From Chiloscyllium plagiosum (taxonomy: Eukaryota): DNA of 64,000 bases. Under the pieces are notes generated by a model that was given only the letters and a program-made list of their open reading frames with translations, was not told where the DNA came from and ran no database searches. Below, one piece after another: positions 1 to 13,552 of this stretch (position 1 is the stretch's first letter; each line of letters starts with the position of its first letter). The position numbers and the translations under genes are program-made. Location of the stretch: assembly GCF_004010195.1 (NCBI RefSeq), contig NC_057719.1:69688401-69752400 (forward strand), read 5' to 3'.

Positions 1-803
1 AAACAATGTCTTTTGGTGGACCTCTTGAACCCTCTATATTCATTCATTCACTGTTGCTGATGCTGGAACAGTCTTTGATAATAAAGTTAATAGGATGCGG
101 GAGGTGTAACAAGACTAGTAGCAAATTTGGAAATGCCTGGGTAATATAGAGCAAAACTCCTCCATGCTGTGGATACTGAAACTCTCCTGTAATTTGTGTT
201 CATAAGCTGCATTTATCTTTGCTTAGAAGGATGTGACTATCAGGAAGGGAGGTCCATCCATTATGTTATCTCTGGTTGTGCCCTTACCCTAATTCTGCCA
301 CTGTAGTGTGGCATCTTTGTTTAAAATTACAACAGTGGAGCAGGAGAAACTTTGAGGAATTTCCCAGTTTGTGGTCTAAATTGATTTGTTTCAGAACACT
401 ATATGTCAGCAATACGTTACAGTGATTAGGTGGCCAAATGTCACTCACTACAACTCTCCCTTAGTGGGTTTAATAGAATTTGCATAATCCCAATGCTCAT
501 ACCTCTTTCACCTTGGCAGATTATCTCTAACATTTATAAATACTTCTTCCTGCTATTTAATCTAAATTGATTGTATTAACTAATAAAATTTAATGTCCAT
601 TTATAAAATTTATTCATTCACAGTATATGGGCCTCTCTGACTAGGTAGATACTTATTAACTGTTCCTGGTGCTCACATTCCATGAACAAATAAATAAATA
701 AGCCCTCTATTTTCTTTGTAGTAATAATCTGGATTTACCTGACTAATATGATGTATATTCCTCAATAGAGTTGTTTAAAAACGTCCCTATTAGACAGCAA
801 AGC

Positions 804-913
804 TTATAATCTCAAAAGGACAAGCACTCTGGCACTGCCCTTGGTGGAGCACTAGGGAGGTGGCGAGGAAGCAATGAGGTATAAGTAAAAAATCTCTTTG
901 GCCACAGCTGCAA
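804..913 (+). repeat. Left copy of a 110-bp near-perfect inverted repeat (partner 1826-1934)
   Basis: By-eye alignment with the reverse complement of 1826-1934: 2 substitutions and one 1-nt indel. Confidence 0.95.
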
Positions 914-1825
914 TATTTCCTTCCTCCTTTGGAAATATTCGTAGCAGAATAATGTCTCACTGCACTACGTATTTCACCAACTTCAGTGTTTCACAACAGC
1001 ATTGCATTTTGCTCTTTTTTGCCATCGAAGAACAAAGCTCTTCATAACAGAGCAGGAGCAGTATTAATACAGGTTCAGCTTGTATTATTTCTAATTACAA
1101 TTGAAAGGGGTTTAACCATTAGACTGCTGAAATATGTATATATATTTATAATAGCCTCTAATCTCCAGTGACAGGTTTTGGCAGCTATTACTGAAAAAAA
1201 ATTGCTTGACAATCTGCTTGTACAGCATTTTTGAAGCATTTGACATTAAATATTGCTTTGAAACATTATTTATCAATCAGAACGAAACTTCCTAAATGTA
1301 CAGAAACAGAAAGAATTTGTGAAGATGGTGAACAATACTTCGGTAACTATATGGTCAGTTTTAAAGGAAATGGTCCGTTGGTTGTACAGTCATCCATAAT
1401 TAAAACGTCAACTTTCATCAGTCTTGTATTTTCATGAGCATCCTTATATGTAAAATTACAAACAACCTTTAGGAGTATTAAGCAAGCATGTCATTGTCCA
1501 TAAGTCTTTGACCATTCTGCCACATAAAGATTTTGACATAAGTGATGTTAATGTATTTTATGTGGGAAAGGCTATTTCTTCTAGTGCAGCAACTTCCAAA
1601 GTTAGACCTCCATAGACTAAGAGGTGATTTCAATATGCATAGTGCAATTTTGTGTACTGATCTCAAGCAATGATAATTTGTCTGCAATTCCTGCTCAATT
1701 AGGAAGACAGGGAGCATCTTAGAATTAAACTCCTTAAACTTCTGTGTGTTGTCAAAGTTGTCATGGGGTCATCCTGTATTAACTACACACTCCTGTGCAG
1801 GGATTTCCTTTTTCTTAAGGTGCAC

Positions 1826-1934
1826 TTGCAGCTGTGGCCAAGAGATTTTTTACTTATACCTCATTGCTTCCTGGCCACCTCCCTTGTGCTCCACCAAGGG
1901 CAGTGCCAGAGTGCTTGTCCTTTTGAGATTATAA
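1826..1934 (-). repeat. Right copy of the inverted repeat, inside an older MITE-like segment ending near 2092
   Basis: Reverse complement matches 804-913. The flank ends GATTCTGCCCC (rc GGGGCAGAATC), resembling Harbinger-like termini elsewhere in the window. Confidence 0.9.
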
Positions 1935-3559
1935 ACCGTCTGTTCGGATCTGCAGCTTTAAGAACTGTGCACTTGAAGGCAGCCTTTTAATTGTCTGCCT
2001 CCAGGAAGACTCTCTGGGCAGGCAGAGTAAGGTCAGATTTCGACAATGGTCCTGCTTCATGTTCACATCCAATAGGAGGATGATTCTGCCCCTAGTGTTC
2101 ACTGTGCTCACTTTCAAAGTGATTAAAGGAGTAATTGTTCGTAAGATCCTTGAGATCTAATCCAATAGGATCTCTATATACTCCATCAACTATACTCCTT
2201 ATTCAACCTCCTGTGCTGTTTCATCACAAAATTCAATCAAATTTATCCCACACAATTGTTCTTTCTCCATAGTGCAGCATACTGATCCTTCTAATCTACA
2301 CCTAATTCTATTCGGGAAGACCATAGGAAGCTAAAATGTTATATGTCTGGATCTTGCTACTGGAAAGAAAGTATGAGGTAACCAGACTGCGTAAAGGAAC
2401 AACTGTTGCACCGAACCTGAAACCTGTCACAGATCTAAATTTGTTAAACTGTGATGAATATTAATATGATTTAATATCCACATCAGTAATCTCGACACAC
2501 TTTTGATTCACTGCAATAATGTAAGACTAAATGTTGATTAAATGAAAAGGAGGTATAGATTCTTTGTAATTCTATTAAAATGAAACTTAGTGTGATCTGA
2601 CCCATGTGCAGCAAAATATAAGAGATTAAATTTTGCTGTTAGGATGTTAATAGATCTACCAACCAGGAATAGAAAGGAAAATATCCCAAATTTAAGCAAT
2701 GATTCAATATACCTGATAGGCAACTATTTAAGAGTAAAGTTAGGCATTACTCAAGATTGTAAAAACTTGTTTAAGTTGAGAAATGTTGAGGTTACTTTAG
2801 GAAAATAACAATGGAACTTTTCAACTTTGTCACTCCTTCATTTACAATGCAGCAGATTTATGATTTCTGACTTTACAAAAGACTCAATTTCTCACCATGG
2901 GATAACATTGCTGTCAACTCATTCAACACATGCATGGCTCCCACGTTTCCCTTCTCATTCATGCACCCTAGCTACAATAATAAATGAATTCAGCCATGAT
3001 TTCAGCAAACTCCCTTGATTTATAAAACTCATCATGCTTCACTTTTGAAGCTAAGCTGTCCTGTTTCTTTACCTGTGATCTTTGAGCTCAGGGCAGCCTC
3101 TGTAGCGATCAGCGAGATTTCCATCTCTCAAAATGGGCTGCAACAGCTAAACATTTGAAATGTGCCTGGAAGAGATTACAGCAGAGCTGCCAAGCAGGCT
3201 TGATGAAGGACATCAGTAGAATCAGACATCATAAGTTAAAGATTGTGAAGAGAAGAATGACACTTTTTAAACTGAGTGGAAAGAAAGATAGTGCAGAGAA
3301 ATAAATCAAAGATGAAGCAGCAGACTGTCAAAAAATCATAGGGGGCTTTTGTCAAATGGAGACTATCTCATGATCCTTGAGGAGAAATGAAATATAATAA
3401 TCACATTATGAATCTTAAATGACAAAATAAACCAGGGTAACATTTGAAGAAGACATTGCTGTTTTATAATCAATTCCACATTTCAGTAATTTGTTTTTAA
3501 GCTATGACTCACTAGCTACCAATTACTAGGGGCAATTTCTTTGCTTGCACTATAGTAAC

Positions 3560-3830
3560 AAATTACTTTGATATAACACCTATCGTGTCCCAAGAGATTT
3601 AACAGAAGCACTTGCAGACATTTACCCACATTAAAAGATATCAAGGCAACTAACCAAATGTTTTAATTAAAAATATGGGTTTTAGGAGCACCTTAAAAGA
3701 GAAGAAAGCCAGAGAGGTTTAAATATGGAACTCTGAGATTTTGGACTTAGGGATTTGAAGGTATAACCACCAACAGCAACTCAAAGGAAAGTGATGTGTA
3801 AATGAGGCTAGAGGCCAATAAATGTTAAGA
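3560..3830 (-). mobile_element. Old L2-type LINE 3' fragment
   Basis: Degenerate similarity to the L2-like 3' ends near 58730 and 61785. Confidence 0.4.
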
Positions 3831-4832
3831 CTGGATGTTAACTTGCAATGTGCTGCACACAGTTGATGTCAGGAATTCACAAGACATCAAGGCCAAAGGA
3901 ATAACAATAGTGACCTGATTTTTATGAGAGCTAAATACTTCTGTATAGTACATAAAGATTAGGAGTGTTGTATTTCAAATAATAAGACAAAAATATCGCA
4001 ATTTCAATAATTATTAGCTGCTGTAATATTGATATTTCCATCTTGTGAGTAAAAAAACACACAAAAAAAATTGATTTCCAGACTGTGGAAATAATACAGG
4101 TGTACTCCTAGAATGGTAAAAGATGCAAAAACCTGGTATGAGTTGTCAACTCACCACAGTTTTTCAGCACGCATTGTATTCCATGTTCAGTTACAGGCTG
4201 CTATCCTCTCGGTTGTATTTGTTTTGAGCACAGGGAATAAGCAGGCAGGCAGTCCGTCACAATGGGGAGAACAGAACAATCAAGGGATGGACATTCACTG
4301 TGCGATACCATACCTTATCATCTCACACCTGCAGCATGAACTAGTAGCTTACACAGCAAACACAACACATGCTCTTCAAGAAAATGGCCATGTGTAAAAC
4401 CAAAAGGGGAGCAGAGCTTATTGGGGGACTGTGATCAGTCAGTGGTTTCTGTGATAGGCAGTCAAATGCTTCATCTGATTTCAATCCAGTGTTGGTCACA
4501 GTTAGTTATGGACTTTGTCCTACCAGAGTCTGGAGATCCACAGTCTTGGGCTTGGTGCATGGTCAGTCTGACAGGTCAATTGGAGTACCATGAAGACATC
4601 AGTGGAGATGCAGGAGCATGAGACTGTGTAGCCAATAGGTGAATGCAAAGTGTAGTATACAGGGAGGGTTAGAAGTTTGGGAGGATGAGTTGGATAAGGA
4701 CCATTGAATTTACACAATGAATGCAATAGTGAGAGTTGCAGTCCATGAGCCTTGGTGAGGTGAGTGTGAAATGGCACTGTAAGTCTGTGTGTTGGCCCTG
4801 TGAGTGTGAGACAACAGAGAGAAGAAGATGGA

Positions 4833-5075
4833 ACTTACCCTCGAGGACTACAGAAGATCATTGATATTTTTCCTGCAATACTGGGCAACTTGTTTTTAAC
4901 CAAGGACACAGCATTGACCTGGGCTGTTATGAGAGACCAGACTGGCAAGGTCTGGTGAAGTGGACTCCTGTGGTGGTCAGCTGGAAAAAGGCTGGCTGTC
5001 TTCTCTACCATCCTGACTACCAGCATGTCCAGGTCCCTGTTAGCAAAACAGGCAGTAAGCTTTCTTTTCTGTGAT
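4833..5075 (-). mobile_element. Harbinger/PIF-like fossil, Myb/SANT-like DNA-binding ORF exon
   Basis: Translates ACFANRDLDMLVVRMVEKTASLFP...TLPVWSLITAQVNAVSLV, frameshift, then AQYCRKNINDLL*SSR, followed by donor GG|GTAAGT. Confidence 0.75.
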
Positions 5076-5289
5076 GTAATAATCCAGTGGCACAGTGTGG
5101 AGTCTGAAGTGGTGTTGAGATGGTCTTTACATTACACACTGAGGCGTGTAAACCAGAGGGAGGCAAGCACTTCTTTCTGTCCTGCTGGGCTATTCCACGA
5201 AAAGGGTGCTGAGGAATTTGGATGAATAATCAATAAGACAAGGAGCAGACAATTGTGTAAGAAAAGTGGGGTTTGAGCCAAGATGGTTC

Positions 5290-6060
5290 AGGCACTGCAA
5301 ATCCCAAATGGCAAAACTGATAAATTGCACTGTAAATGGGAGTTGGCCATGAATGGATAAGTGCAGCAAAAACAAAATACTTGTAATGGGAAATTTAGTT
5401 TTCATGTAGACCAGAAGAGGTAGAACAATTCAAATAGGAATGGGAGTACATTTCTGGAATACATTCATGATAACTTTGAGAACACTAAGTTATTGAAAGA
5501 GCAATACAGCAAGTCATACTTGATTTTGTGATGAGCAACAAACCAGAATCAGTTAACAATGTGACAATGAGGGAGTAACTTATGAATGGTGTCCATAATA
5601 TAATTGAACTTGGTATTAGGTTTGAGAAGGTAAATAAACATTACAAAGCAAAGCCAAAGTTTTACATTTAAGTTTCAAAGGAATGAAAAATAAATCAGCG
5701 GTTAAACTGTTAATGGGTAAATAGTACAGTGTATTTAAACAACTACTTGGAATGATACAAAACCCTGAAAGTCTCAGTCTGTGGAGTTAAACAAACCTGG
5801 TCAACAGAAAAAATAAAGTTAAAGTAAGTAGCATATACAATTGTAAGGAAAATTGAAAATTCTGCCAACTATGAGAGTAATAAAAGTATCCTAAGAGTAC
5901 AAATGCAATGATGAGATGAAAAAAGGAATATGGAACATATGAGTTGTTAAAATAAGTGTCTTATGAGCAAAAGAGTGCTAAAGTGGAAGCTACATTCTCT
6001 AAAATGAGTTGCAAGTGAGACAATAGTGGAGAAGAGAAAATAGCAGATTTGCTAAATGAA
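5290..6060 (+). mobile_element. Degraded CR1-type LINE ORF2 (endonuclease/linker region)
   Basis: Remnants of V(M)GDF, FLEY-IHDNF, ILDFVMSN and DHN-like motifs, with many stops. Confidence 0.5.
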
Positions 6061-6414
6061 TGCATAGCGCTCAAGTTTAACTCTCTAACCTGCAGCTGGG
6101 AAATGTCAGCAGTGCATCGAGAACCTGAAAGTTACAGTAACATGTTTATCAATTGCTTTTTAACACAGCCATGAAATTTGCATTTGACTCCTGGGATTTC
6201 CAATCACTTCGAGCATACAGTTGTGGTGACAACTCGATGCTGTCCTTTTCAACTGTTATACTTAAGGACCAATGGAGAATTGTGAAAATGTCAAAACAGA
6301 ACCAGCACTGAAGAGATAGGGTTGGAATTTTACTGGCCTCTGACTGGTGCAAATATAGTTGGAGGATCAGGGGTGAGTGTGTGGGTGCTGAGTGGCATGG
6401 GGGTGAAGGAAATG

Positions 6415-6543
6415 CTAGGTAAAAACAATGACTGCAGATGCTGGAAACCAGATTCTGGATTAGAGTGGAAAAGCAAAGCAGTTCAGGCAGAATCCGAGGA
6501 GCAGGAAAATCAACGTTTCGGGCAAAAGCCCTTCATTAGGAAT
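6415..6543 (-). mobile_element. Penelope-like pLTR fragment (single inverted arm with tail)
   Basis: CTAGGTAAAAACAATGACTGCAGATGCTGG...GCCCTTCATTAGGAAT, homologous to the left arms at 16158, 24333 and 25786. Confidence 0.85.
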
Positions 6544-7624
6544 CAGTGCAGCAGTGGTAAAATCCATTTCACAGAAACTGATCATTCAATCGAATTGGTC
6601 CATACCAATGTCATGCTCCACTTGGGTTTCCTGCCATCTTTCTTTATCACAGTTCTTCCCTATGAGTGAGGTCCCAGAACAGTTAACATACCACTGCTCA
6701 GAGTAACCAGAGGCTGGCAGCTCTTCATATTGCCAATATCAGTGGGAATGGTGGATTTTGACAGGTCTGTACTCATTGGGGCCCTGGGATAGTTAGGAGG
6801 CCCCAAGGCAAAGGAGAATGAATGTGGGATTGGGGAAACAGGATGGGGATTATGGAACAGGGAAAGGGAGTTGAAGACCAGGGCAGGAAGTGGCTTTGAG
6901 CAGTCAACCCTCTGCCTGGTGCCAGATTCCATGATTCAGCATGGAGTACCTGATATTGAGGGATCCAACATCCCCAACTCACAGTCAGTAGGCTGCTGGC
7001 AATCATGACATGTTTCACTGGGTGACCTTCCATGTGGGAGACCATGGAGTCTCCATTTAATTCCTGAGTCACCACTATTTTGTAATATGGTCAACAATAG
7101 CGGATGCAAGTTGGTTCATTAATGACCCTGATCGACAAACTACTATTGATATCTGGGAATGCCATTGATGTGGGCCTCTCTCCTATGTAAGTGAACTCAA
7201 CTACCATGGGGATCAGCCACAATAGAATGCATCAGATCCAGCCCCTTTGTTTTCAGAGTCATCCCCAGGCATAATGCTGCAGATTTTAAGACAGGAAGAA
7301 CAATGAATAGTTCCTGACAGAAAATGTGAGATCCCCTAAGTTCTGCTCAGCTAGACTCAGATGCTAAGTCTCACCAATAGGATCACAGTATTGTGCAGTA
7401 TTATGTGCAATTTGGATCTTATGCTCTCGGAAAATGGCTGTGGCAAAAAAAAAAACCTAGATTTAACAGTGTTGTTTAGTGGGCTTGATTTTAACTTTGC
7501 AAGTGAATGGGTTTTTAATGGTTTAATATTGGGTCAATTTTATAATTTTGTTAAAAGGAAATACAAATACAATGAAAGACTCAGCACACTGGTGCTATTT
7601 TCATTTAAACAGCAATATCAAAAA

Positions 7625-7950
7625 GTGATTTGACTAAGATGTTTAAAATTATGAGGGGATGGGACAGAATAGATAGTGACAGAGTGTTTTCAGTGATTGG
7701 ATGAAAGAGAATGCAAAGTATAAGATTAAATACAGGAAAGCTATGTCTGAGAGGGAAGTCCTTTTTACACAGATGATTGTGAGCCTGGGAAATACACAAC
7801 TGAAGTTAGTAATTGCAGCAGAGCTGAAAAATAATGTTTATGAAAGAGCTAAATGATTGGTTGAAGGGTGAAATAAAGAAATATGGGAACTACATGAGCA
7901 CACTGAATGAGGACTAATGCTCAGATGGAGGAGAGATACCAATTTGAGCT
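7625..7950 (+). mobile_element. CR1-type LINE 3' end, interrupted by the PLE at 7965
   Basis: VFKIMRGWDRID...FFTQ-IVSLG-like remnant; 3' UTR resumes after 8563. Confidence 0.6.
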
Positions 7951-7964
7951 GATTGAATCAAACA

Positions 7965-8549
7965 TCATCTATTGCATCCTCTGCACCCGATGTGGCCTCC
8001 TCTATATTGGGGAGACAGGCCGCCTACTTGCGGAGCGTTTCAGAGAACACCTCTGGGACACCCGGACCAACCAACCCAACCACCATGTAGCTCAACATTT
8101 CAATTCCCCCTCCCACTCCACCAAGAATATGCAGGTCTTTGGACTCCTCCAACGTCAGACCACAACAAAACGACGGTTGGAGGAAGAACGCCTCATCTTC
8201 CGGCTAGGAACCCTCCAACCACAAGGGATGAACTCGGATTTCACCAGTTTCCTCATTTCCCCCTCCCCCCACCCTGTCTCAGTCAAATCCATCAAATTCA
8301 GCACCGCCTTCCTAACCTGAGATCTTCTTCCCGACCTCTCCGCCCCCACCCCAGTCTCACCTATCACCCTCACCTTGACCTCTTTCCACCGATCACATTT
8401 CCGACGCCCCTCCCCCAAGTCCCTCCTCCCTACCTTTTATCTTAGCCTGCTGGACAAACTTTCCTCATTCCTGAAGAAGAGCTTATGCCCGAAACGTCGT
8501 TCCCTGGATGCTGCCTGACCTGCTGCGCTTCTCCAGCAACACATTTTCA
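7965..8549 (+). mobile_element. 5'-truncated Penelope-like element: GIY-YIG endonuclease domain plus pLTR
   Basis: IIYCILCTRCGLLYIGETGR...FREH...VAQHF...LEEERLIFRLGTLQPQGMN. 14-bp TSD GATTGAA(T/C)CAAACA at 7951-7964 and 8550-8563. Hammerhead-like core at 8471-8498. Confidence 0.93.
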
Positions 8550-8691
8550 GATTGAACCAAACAGTCTACTTCTATGTTGCAAATTCTTTAACTTCATACA
8601 GCAAGTTAATGTCATGTCAATTACATAATAAGAGGAAAATGGTGATGAGTTCTGATTGCTTCATGATGTTTAATATGTATGAAAAGGGCTG

Positions 8692-9085
8692 AGGGTGGCT
8701 GATGGTTTGGTGCTAATATCATTGGAATGGCATTTCACAGGCCTGGCTTAATGCTCTCGGAACATGAGCTCAAATCCCACAACAGCAACTGGTGGGATTG
8801 AATTCAATAAATAACTCTGGAAATGAAAACTAATTTCAGGAATTGTGACTGTAAGAACTTTCATCAAATGTCATTAAAAAAACCTATCTAGTTTCAAATT
8901 GTTCTTTCAGGAAAGCAACTCTGCCATTCTGCCCTCAAATCTTCCCAGTCATTACCCACAGCAATATGGTTGACATTTAACTTCTGTCTGCAATAGCCTT
9001 GGAAGACACTCAGTTCAAGACCAATTGGGGATGGGTAACAAATGTCAGCCTTGCCACTGATGTCTCATTGAATGAGAAATAAAAC
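8692..9085 (+). mobile_element. Old tRNA-derived SINE with CR1-type tail
   Basis: Degenerate B-box GAGCTCAAATCCC and tail CAATTGGGGATGGGTAACAAATGTCAGCCTTGCC; homologous to 29725-30015 and 33968-34075. Confidence 0.65.
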
Positions 9086-9737
9086 AACACAAAGGAACTC
9101 GGGTTACTGGGCGAGTATTCAGGAGGCATGGATGTATAAGACTGCACCCTGTGAATGAATCTATATCAAGGGTAATCTCTGTGTCGTGTTTCCTGTGCCA
9201 TCATCTGGTCCATATCCACAGTCTGGGTGTCAGTGACTGCATCATGTTGGTTGGGTTGCTCTGAAATTATTTGACGTACTTAGAAGATGACAGCAGGGAT
9301 GTTCTCCTTTCTAAATTTCATCTTGAGGGTGTATCTTCCTGAGGCATGAATATGTGTAGGATACAGAGAAGGAGGACTTAGATGGTGACAGGGATTGGTA
9401 CTGATGAGGATTACAAGTGGGATGGATAGCAACTTGTGGGAAGAATCTTTGGTCAGTCTCCTGGATACATAGAACTGTTGGGCTTTGTTTCTTTCTGTAT
9501 TGTAAATTCAAAGTTATTTCACATATTTAATCTTTGGGGGTGGGGGGGGGGTTATGATCTGCAGTAAGGCACACAAAACAACACTTCTCACTGTATCCCA
9601 GCACATGTGACAACAATAAACCAAATCAAAAATAAATCAAATCAACAGCTTCTTCAAGAGCTGAGAGCAGGGCTGCTGAATTCTCATGAGAACCTTGCTG
9701 GATTATATTTCTGGAATGGAGTCAGTTGAAGTCACAA

Positions 9738-10362
9738 TGTTCCAAGATGGTGGCACAGCAAGGTAAGCAGCATTCGGGCTTCTGGGACAGTCCACTCCAG
9801 ATGGCCGATTCCTTCCTCACCATTTTTTGCCTTCTTTCTTTTTCTTCACCTTCTTCCTGTTGGTGGCAGAGCCAGGGACTCTTGGTTTTGGTAGGCCTGG
9901 AGCAAGGACTCCTGGTTGTCAGGGTGGCAGTGGCGGCAGCTCCAGGTTGCTGTAGGTGCAGAGCTGGGGCATCCTGATTGTTGGCGAGGTGGCGGCAAGT
10001 GCAGTGGAGCCAGGGGCTCCTGGTTGCAGGGCGAGTGTGTGGCCAGCAATGGCTGCCCATTAGCAAAGTGAGCCCAGCGATGAAGAGATGGCACCTGGTG
10101 AGTGATGACTCTGACATTGGTAGGTCCAGTGCAGCGGGCAGAGCGGTGGTGGTGGAGCCTTCTTCGGTAGATTGGCTAAGGGCTCAGGACTCATGGCAAA
10201 GGCAGTGGAATGAAAATGGAAACTTTCAACTTTATCTTTTTATTCTTTTTATTCTTAAAATGTTCAAATGGCAGTGGATTGTGGCAACAGTTGAAATTTT
10301 TCCCTGTATTTTACTGCATCGTTCATTGTGTAGTACAAATGACAATAAATCATTATTCATTC
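9738..10362 (+). mobile_element. Non-autonomous retroposon (CCAAGATGG head, GC-rich body, ...ACAAATGACAATAAATC tail)
   Basis: Same architecture as 19613-20250 and reverse 37123-37790; another tail copy near 9570-9645. Confidence 0.55.
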
Positions 10363-10880
10363 CAGGCTACAGTTGAGGCAAGTATTACTGATACACACTA
10401 ATGGTCATGGTGATCTGCTCAAACCATGCTAATGACCTTTTTTTCCCACAATTCAGGATGAATTTAGCCATCTTCACCATTCTACTCTGCTGTACATGAA
10501 CTAATGGAGCAAGCTTTGGATCTTCATCCACTTGAGTTTATAATGAGTTGAAATTATTGCCTGGAGAAACATGACTTAAATATCACCAGCCAATATGAAT
10601 ATCTTTAATCTGATCAGAGTTGGAATGAGGATGTCAGATCCTGTTTGGAATATCAGGGTTTCTGTTAAATTGGTTGTTCCAATGCCTAGCCTCTGAAAGG
10701 CTGCTGATCACATGTTTTTCCATTTTGGAACACTCTTTAGTCAATCTACTCTTTGTTCTCTGCTTCACACCACTGTGTATTCATGTGAACACCTTCCCCA
10801 TAAGTCCACATATCATTTTCTTGGGCATAGACTCCTTTATGATTCTTTATCTGATTATTTGAAAAATTCATCTTTACCTA

Positions 10881-11184
10881 GGGCGGCACAGTGTTTAGCA
10901 CGTCTGTCTCACAGCATCAGGGTCCCTGGTTCAATTCTAGACTCGGGCGACGATCTGTGTGGAGTTTGCACATCCTCCCTGTGTCTGCATGGGTTTCCTC
11001 TGGGTGCTCCGGCTTCCTCCCACAGTCCAAAGATGTGCAGGTCAGGTGAATTGGCCATGCTAAATTGCCCATAGTGTTAGGTGCATTAGTCAGAGGGAAA
11101 TGGGTCTGGGTGGGTTGCTCTTCGGAGGGGCGGTGTGGACTGGTTGGGCCAAAGGGCCTGTTTCCACACTGTAGGAATCTAATC
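10881..11184 (+). mobile_element. HE1-type tRNA-derived SINE
   Basis: GGGCGGCAC head, GGTTCAATTC B-box, core TGTGTGGAGTTTGCAC...GCTAAATTGCCC, AATCT tail. Confidence 0.92.
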
Positions 11185-11249
11185 TTCTCTGTTATTTCAT
11201 TCAAGCATGTCATGTTTATAAAGACATTCATAAAAAATTACCAACTTAA

Positions 11250-11450
11250 CTTTCGTTTCTTTTGTGCAGGAGATTCCTGGACAGGGGCCATCTGCTACAA
11301 ACCTGCCCAGGGATCGATGAGTCTAAGAACAAAGGTGATCTTTGTAGAAACTGCACCCGTTTTGTAGCAGTCAGTGTTTCATGTCCGATATTTAAATGTC
11401 CAGCAGCATAGCCAACTACTTTGACGACTCCTGTGGAAAGCTAAGTATGG
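11250..11450 (+). repeat. Old interspersed repeat (inverted partner 35319-35512)
   Basis: GGAGATTCCTGGACAGGG...TTTGACGACTCCTGTG aligns with the reverse complement of 35319-35512. Confidence 0.7.
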
Positions 11451-13214
11451 AAGGTAAGTGTGGCGTTAAGGTGGCAGTTTTACGAAGGTTTAGGGTGCCA
11501 AGTGGATGAGGGGATTAGTAATACAAGTGGTGGGGTGGCAGATGGATGGGATGCCAGGTAGGTGATGTGCAAAGAGTGCCAAGTAAGTAAGTGATTGCTT
11601 GGAGGATATAGTTTTCTCTGGCAGGGAATGGGATTGTTGGGTTGGCAGGTGGAAGAATTTGTCAGGTCTGGGGGCTGTGAAACCCTCAAGAGATGGTGTC
11701 AGGTCTGGTGACCAGGCTCAGGGTTGCTGGACAAGGAGTCAGTTCATGTTGGGAGTTTGTTAGGTCCAATGCGAGTTGGGTGGGGGTTGAAGTTGAATTT
11801 TGGTCTGGAAATTTGTTGGGAGTTAGTGTTATTTGGCCTACTGGCCACTGTCTGACATTCTGGTCATTATAAATAGCCATATAAGTAGTTCAGGAAATAT
11901 GTCCCAATGAATAAATTTATGATATATTTAAGGACTGAACTATTTAGGTCAATAAGTCAGTAATTGGACATCTACTGATTTACGTGTGTATATGTGTTTG
12001 TATGTGTATACTGGTGTGTGAATTGTATTCGTGTCTTTTTTCATGGCTACTCCAACAATAGGCCTCAACTTTTCAATACTGACATTTCAATTCACCAGTG
12101 ATGAATAGTTATTTGATTCAGGTATGAGAGGATTGTTGTACTGATGAAACTGCCCCAGCTTGATTCATGGAGGAGAAAGAAACGAAAAAAAAATCACAAA
12201 ATTTACTATCTCATATCTCGGTGTCAAAGCAATAGTGAGGTTAAAAATGCGCACTGTTATTTATTTGAAAATGTCACAGCAACTTCAGGCAAGGGCAGTT
12301 GTATAGTTAAATTCAACATTCAGCTTTTGTTGTCTGAGATAAGTCATTCTAACATAGCTTCAGAAGAATAGAATCTCATTGTTCATCTCACCATTGAAAC
12401 ATACTGGCTGCTGAGAAGTTGCCTCATTTGTATGATAAATAAGAATGAAGTTCATTACAGAAACATAGAGCTGATTTGAAGTGACAGAAACAGCCTGTTT
12501 TGGAGATATTAAGGTCTGTACGCACATCAATTAAAACTGGCTTAGCTTTTAGAGAGTCCTTTAACAATGTGCAAAGCATTAATCTCTTATAATTAACCTC
12601 TCTGGTACTGAAAATTATCCATTAGAAATGCAGAATCTCATTCTATCAGACTCTAATTGTTGTATAATTTAAAATAGTTAAATTTGAAATTGCAAGTTTT
12701 TAAAAGAATATTTCCTTCTTTTGTACTCCTTCAACTAATCTACTTCTTTCTTTCTCTCCCTTTACTTCTTTTATTTGTGTCTACATTGATAATTCCTTCC
12801 TTGTCCTTGCAGTGCCCATCACAATTATTTAGCCTGATGGGTTAAGGAGATACCACGTGGCTTTCCCTGCTCACTCAGATACCCAGGTCCAAACTGTGTG
12901 ATCCTGCTTCGAAACTGCCCTGAGTCGTTTAGAAGAGAAAAGAGATGTAGATCTTGTGTAGATATGTTTCGTTTCCACCTCTGCCTATTTTCAATAGTGA
13001 GTGAAAGGAAGAAGGTCAGAATGCTGGGATACAGAGAGGATTGAGACATTTCTGATGCAAATTTCTCATTCCCATCTCCATGATGAAGATGTAACCTGCT
13101 GATTTCCTTGCTGCAACATATCAATGCACACTTAATTCCAAGCCAATTTAGCAGCGGGTATTATTAGATTTACTCTTAAATGATATTGCGTCCCAATAAT
13201 GTACGTCATGTTTA

Positions 13215-13552
13215 TTTAAGGTTCTGTGGGGCGCTTGGCAGGGTAAATGTTGAAAGGTCATTTTCTTTGACTGGAGAATGGGACATGGTTTCAGGATAAG
13301 AGGGTGGTCATTTAAGATTGAGGTTTAGAGAAATCTCTTCACTCAATTCTTATGTGAGAGGTCTGTGAATGTTTTATTATTCAGTGCATTCAAAGCTTAG
13401 ACAGGTAGATTTTTGGCCTCTAGGTAATCAAGGAATATGAAAATTAGGTAGAAAATGGATTTAAGATCAAAGAACAGCCACAATTTTATTGAATGAGAGA
13501 GCAGCTTTGGGATGCTGTAGGACCTATTCCTGCTCCAGGTGCTTATGTCTTT
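13215..13552 (+). mobile_element. CR1-type LINE 3' end
   Basis: RIRGWSFKIE...RNLFTQ-like remnant; tail CCTATTCCTGCTCC...CTTATG. Confidence 0.65.

Noticed and set aside
11269..11453. Plus-strand coding exon
   Set aside because: Stops in all three frames, and it lies in an interspersed repeat.
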